A DNA stretch of 63,765 nt, filler included, from Olpidium bornovanus S191 (lineage: Eukaryota > Fungi > Olpidiomycota): NCBI GenBank assembly GCA_017911155.1. It is 30 parts of 30 records of this genome, joined end to end, with 100 filler letters (N's around TTAATTAATTAA, not from the genome) between each part and the next. Parts side by side here need not be neighbours in the genome. Positions count along the whole stretch, not along the records: positions 58,557 to 61,001 come from JAEFCI010009310.1; positions 61,102 to 62,601 come from JAEFCI010004314.1; positions 62,702 to 63,765 come from JAEFCI010006143.1; 27 more parts are not named here. The stretch is one strand, 5' to 3'. Within the stretch, counting starts at the first letter, position 1; every line of letters starts with the position of its first letter. Made by a program: the position numbers and the translations under genes. This document shows, in pieces, positions 58,557 through 63,765 of the stretch. Below the pieces are notes generated by a model. The model was not told where the DNA came from, ran no database searches, and was given only the letters and a program-made list of their open reading frames with translations.

Positions 58557-59945
58557 TAGAAACGGCCCACAAACGCCGTTTTCCCACAGGTGCGCAAAAA
58601 ATGCGATGGTTTGGATAGTCTGCGTAACAGACGATATAGGCAGTATAATTGGTCAACAACCGGTCATTGGGACATGTCTCAGCAAACTCGAATTGCACCA
58701 GGACATTGAAATACCGGATGCGCAGTAAGCGTACCTTTCCCAGTCCCATTTCGTCAGCCAAAATACCATTCAGACCGTTCTCGTAGAGACTTATCAGCCA
58801 TTCCAAGCCACGAAGCTGATAATCTCGCATAACTCCGCCAGTGAGCAGTTTAGGTTGCCGCGGGGATACGAAGGACCCGTCGTTGACAGTGCGCGTCTCC
58901 TGTCCTGAAACGGCAGTGTCGAGGTAATCGACAGAGTCTTCATCTTCGCGGAAGGGACTAACACGAGATCCGGAAGTCGCCGGTACGGATGAAACCTTCG
59001 GCCGCTTGGTCTTTTCCACGTAAGAACGAGCCAAAGTGCCGTTCTCCGCATTCGGTCCCTTCCGCTTGCGTTTTCCCTTGGCAGGCACGCCTGCGGCGGC
59101 GGAAGCAGCCTGCGCGGCGGTCTTCAAACGGGCGGCCTCCTGCTGCTGCTTCATTTTCTTTGCGAGAAACTCGCTGTAATGGGTGGATTGTTCCAACAAG
59201 TAGTGCAAACGCTGCATTCGCTGGTGGTCTACGTGTGCGTTGAATTCGACCAAGTCCTTCGGGAAAGAACGCAAAAGACCACGTGAGAATGTCGTTCGGC
59301 GCGGACAGAAACAGCAGTGACCTGCGGAGCGTGCTCCCCGACCGAGACAAGCAGCAGGGAACCACCTTCTCTGCAAGAACCTTAAGAGTCTCGCGATCCG
59401 CCTTCATCGGAGTGGTGACTTGTCGCCGCTGCTCACCGGAAGGACAGAAAGGTAGTGAGCGCCGACGGCCACCCGGAGGACGCGACGGGGACTTCCGCTT
59501 CAGAAGTCCCGGTCTGATCCCAGCAGGGAGCAGGAGCGAGGAGGCCCGGCACGGGGCATGCAAAACACGTACCGCGCGATCTGCAGACTCGGCGCTGCTT
59601 CGGGCGTCGCCGTTCGGCATGTTTGTTTTCGACGCAGCTCTGTGGTTTTCCAGAAGCGGGCCGCCAGTCTTTTCCCCTTGGGAGCTGCCCGCCGCCTCGA
59701 CCCCTAAACGTTCCGAGGGGCCGCAGGGGGCGGGGGGCGAAGGGGAAGGGGGAAGAGACACGGCGCGAAAGTCAGGGCGGTAACCGGGGTGGTGGTGGGT
59801 GGGGGAAAACGCAAAAAAAAATTTTCTCTTCTCTCCACCGGCGCAGCTCACCTGAGGCCGCGTACCACCTGCTTGCGGAAGCGGCCACCGCGCGTGCGGT
59901 GGGGGAAGAAGAAGACGCGAGCGCGGACAACAAACCGCCGATCAT
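58557..59945 (-). CDS. HELLS: SNF2-family remodeler HELLS/LSH/DDM1 (Irc5-like), 5' part; start approximate
   Basis: [24 protein letters not shown]; [41 protein letters not shown]|[20 protein letters not shown]. Confidence 0.9.
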
Positions 59946-61119
59946 GAGGGAAGGGCGTGGGGGGAAGAGGGGGTGCGCGGGGGTGGTTGCTCGGGTTCGT
60001 TTTTTTTTTTTTCTTTTGGGTGGGTCGGTGTCGTTCGGCCGGCGCAGGAGGTGACTTTCACGTGACCGGGCGGGTTCCCGGGGCCGGGCCGGCTGCCCCC
60101 CCCGCAACCTCTCCCCCCTTCTTTCTCCCTTCCTTCCCACCTCGCCTGCGCTCACACGAACTTGAACACCAGAGACAACTCGTTCTCGCGAGACGCGTGG
60201 CTCGACGTGTCGCCGGCCCACTGAGATCGCCGTTTGTCGCTCTAATTCCGTCGCGTCTTGTCACCGGTATCGTTCAGCAGGTGGCCGCAGAGTGACTCAC
60301 GACACATCGCCGTTGCTTCCGCCTCGGCAGCACCGCGGACTCGGCGCGGTTCCTCTCCATCAAGTACTCCGCGAGCCTTCCCGACGTCGCTAGTGCCGTC
60401 AACGGTACTTTCGGGCAGAAGGAAAAGCATTTTACGGGAGACTGATTGGCGCTGTTTTTGCCTGTTGCGCCGCGCGTACTGTATATCCAGAAAGATTGTT
60501 GGGGATGCAAATTCAGGGGAGATCGCTCGAAAGTGCTCCAGTGTTTTCACTGCAGGGATGTTATGGTGGGAACATATCAACGAGGCAAACCATTAGTGGT
60601 TGCCCCCTAGGCGGTTTCTGGGCTCACGCCCTTCTGACAACGACGCACCCGTGCCTCGTCCCATCGGATTATCAGTCCATTTGTTTACTCGAACATAAAG
60701 ATTGCTGGCTCTAAATTTCCAAGCGTTTAGGCTAGTCCTGATCAAGGTTCCAATGTTGGAACAGTGGCGTATTCGCGTGGGAGAGTACACCACCGTTTTT
60801 CTGTTGAACAACCATGCAGGTGCCCTCTCTCTGTAAAAGTCGCCGTGCGGGATTATTACCAGTGCGGCCCCTGACTTTCACATGGATAGTGCATCCCTGC
60901 TACACAACAGGCAGTGTGCGATGCGTGCCTGGCGTGTATGTATAAACCTTACCTCACGCGTGCAGATTTGAACGAAATTGGTAGCCCATAAGTCCAAAAC
61001 ANNNNNNNNNNNNNNNNNNNNNNNNNNNNNNNNNNNNNNNNNNNNTTAATTAATTAANNNNNNNNNNNNNNNNNNNNNNNNNNNNNNNNNNNNNNNNNNN
61101 NAAAAAAAAAAAACCAGCC

Positions 61120-62190
61120 ATGCCGGACAACTCCGCCCTCGTTTGGCTTCTCACAAAGAACAACTCCTCCTTCCTCGTGAAGAGGGGCGGCGAGCAGCTT
61201 TCTTCGGAGAAAGGGAACCTGCTGAACAAGAACACGTGGAAGTACTCGGGACTCTCCAACAAGAAGGTAAAAAAAAAAAAATAAAAAGGCGGGCCATCTA
61301 TGTAGGCCGCCTGACTGCTGCGCGGGTCTCCTTCCCACTCCACGCTCGAGAACCGCGAAAGGCGTTTTGCACGTGGCAGAGGCGGCGGCGCTCGCCGAAA
61401 GAAGTTGCCCCAGAGTTGGAGTCGGCGCGTTAGGCTGCACCCCATTACGGCCGGATACACGGGTATCTAACGAGGACGAAGAATGACTGCTTCTCCTCCG
61501 AAACTGGGCCGACCCAGGAGGGCGCCCCGAGAAGATTGTGCCGCGCCTTCCGGTCTCACCGCAGCGGTTGTCCCTTGCTGCTTTCCACTCGTGCGTAGGT
61601 TGTTGATGTCCCCCTCGGAAAGAATAACAAGCCGTACTTCCGCACCGGCAAGATGTCGGTGAGGCTCAACAAGGGAGCCCGAACCAACGCGGTCCGCATT
61701 ACAAAGGAACTCGTTTTGCGTGGCTACCGCGCCGACCTTCACAAGGTAGGCTTTGTTCCGGTTTTTGCGTGACGACAAGGGGAAAATTGTCGCTGGAAAG
61801 TGCTCTTGCGTATAACGGGGTTTTTGGGCAATCGGACTTGATTGTACTGTCGTAGGGGATTTATTTCCAGGGAATGGTTTGGATAGGCAGCGCGCGTTTA
61901 CTTTCTCGGCCTGTTATGAGCTGCAAAGGGCGCATTGTTATCGCGCCCTGCCACCCTTCCCGTGACGGATAAACCCGTTACTTTAGTGGGGCTCGGTCGT
62001 TCTTATCCGTTTGATACATGACTAATTTTGCCTCAACTCTCCCTGGTACTCTACGCTCCCACAGGCCGCTCTCGCGAGGATGACCGCGCTCACACGCCCT
62101 TCTTCCAAAGGTCGCACCGTGAAGACCAAGGGCCGTCGAGCGGAGCGTGCCGCTGCCCGGTCCGCATCTGCCACTAGCGGCCGGAAGTAG
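61120..62190 (+). CDS. RPL28: 60S ribosomal protein eL28
   Basis: Exons 61120-61266 (LVWLLTKNNSSFLVKR...EKGNLLNKNTWKYSGL), 61599-61745 (...GYRADLHK) and 62065-62190 (AALARMTAL...*). Confidence 0.9.
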
Positions 62191-62906
62191 AATTTATTCC
62201 TTTCTTTTCCGTTAATAGGCGTGTGCATCATTGTTCCGATAAAATCAAAAACACTTTAGGGTCCCCGCCATAGCAGGAGTTTTTTTGAGTTGTTCGACTT
62301 GGCGTGCGATGCACTCTTGTACGAGGAACGTGTAGAAATATTTCCTGGATGTCTCCTACAACTTTTATTTCATTATTGTGTTAACTGATTTCTGCCGTTC
62401 CCCGATGTTGCCTAAGACTCCAGCACCACCACAACATCGTCAAAGCCTTTCATCTAATTCCACGTTAAATCCTGCGTCAGGCATGCCTGGTGGGAGCTCG
62501 AGCCGATAGTTGTCTTTTTCGGGCTCGACGTGAGTGACTTTGTAGGGCCCAATATACGGGGCCCTGTACTTGGCCGCAAGGCGGGGGTCGTGCGTGACGG
62601 TNNNNNNNNNNNNNNNNNNNNNNNNNNNNNNNNNNNNNNNNNNNNTTAATTAATTAANNNNNNNNNNNNNNNNNNNNNNNNNNNNNNNNNNNNNNNNNNN
62701 NCGGACGCCAAAATAAAAAAAAAAAGACCGTTGGCCGCGGCCTGCGATGCCTGCACGAAAGGAAGGAAAGAAAAGGTCGGCAAGAAGCCGGTCGGCCGCC
62801 ACACGCCACCACTCTCCCCCACCACCAATTTATATGGCAGAACCGGGCACACCCGGCACGACGCCCTCCTTCCGCCGTCTCGGCTTCTTCTTTCCTTCCC
62901 GTGGCC

Positions 62907-62949
<43 letters not shown>

Positions 62950-63450
62950 GCCCCCGGGGGTGCCAAGAAAGGAAGGAAGGGGGCCCGGCTGCCCCAAAAA
63001 AAAAAAAAAAAAAAAAAAATGCCGCCCGCGCGTGATGCCGGCAAAGAAGAATGGCGCGCCGGTTCCCGCAAAAGAATATCAATAAATAAATAAATAAATA
63101 AATGCCGGCGCGCGGTGCCGGTAAGGAAGGAAATGAGGTGGGGCAGGTGGGACAGCGCGGCGGCAGGACCCGTTCAGTCACCACACGCCCCCGGTGCAAC
63201 CCATACAAATTCTTTTTCTTCTTTTAACTGTGTTGGGATTTTAGTTCGGTATACGCGTCGCGCACTAAACCGGAAAAAAAAATCTTGCTTCGGAATTTTT
63301 TTTTTTTTTTTTTTTTTTTTTGCTTCGGGGATTTCGCGTCTAAAAAAATCTGTTTCAAAACCCCGCATCTGGGGGCGCAAAAAGGGGGTAGAAACGCGAC
63401 TCTGAAATAAACGAGAGAGGGAAAAAAGTCGAGGAAAGAAAAAAAAATAA

Positions 63451-63527
63451 TTTATCAGGGTTTAAGTTCAGGGATAGACCCTGGCGCTTTCTGCGAAAAA
63501 AGCACAGAGCTCACTGAGGTGAAACAT
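63451..63527 (-). repeat. Dispersed repeat family, diverged copy D (reverse orientation)
   Basis: CAGGG...ACCCTGGCGCT...AGCTCACTGAGGTGAAACA aligns by eye to the reverse complement of copy B (CAGGGTAACCTGGCGCT...GCTCACCGAGGTGTAGCA). Confidence 0.55.
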
Positions 63528-63765
63528 GTATTTTTACGTGGCGTTAACTGTTCGTCAACATTTTCCCACTATGGTAACTGTTTTCCTTCACCGGCAAGAG
63601 GTCGGCCAGATGTCAGCGAGCGCGCAAGGGGCCGGGGGGGGGGAGGAGGAGGTAGGGGACTCGGAGGCGCAGGAGGGCATAGTACTAGCGCGCATTGACC
63701 TGGCTTGGCGCAGGCATCTCCGCGCACACGGGTCATGGCAGGAAAAGCCTACAAAAGGGGGCGAA

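Noticed and set aside
61267-61745. eL28 central region appears shorter than in homologs
   Set aside because: I cannot exclude an unrecognised small exon in intron 1; this needs transcript data.

Overview
The window is eukaryotic and fungal, most likely from a zoosporic or early-diverging lineage. That inference rests on a class V/VII-type chitin synthase, flagellar enkurin, CYFIP/Sra1 and TMCO1 occurring together; the genus cannot be fixed from sequence alone. It is not a continuous locus. It consists of 30 short contigs (about 1-4.4 kb) joined by 29 identical 100-bp artificial spacers (44 N + TTAATTAATTAA + 44 N), so adjacency across spacers carries no biological meaning. Most contigs hold intron-rich genes, often fragmentary: RPL17, RPL8/eL8, eL28, Argonaute, MIC19, a Bit61/PRR5-like gene, a La/LARP7-like gene, enkurin, a Clr2-like gene, NTH1, a CRAL-TRIO protein, PHF5A, QRI7, CTU2, a HARE-HTH protein, chitin synthase, CYFIP, an Smr protein, an ASTE1-like gene, an ARP9-like gene, SDS23, TMCO1, ILV5 and HELLS/LSH. 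There is also one tRNA-Glu(CTC), copia and chromovirus debris, and several tandem repeats. The leads most worth checking are a PRAS40/AKT1S1-like TORC1-regulator candidate, a dispersed hairpin-bearing repeat family found on three contigs, a possible CUG start in the ASTE1-like gene, a micro-exon PHF5A, WAVE-complex CYFIP, and strong CATG enrichment at contig ends. I found no well-supported novel multi-gene system.
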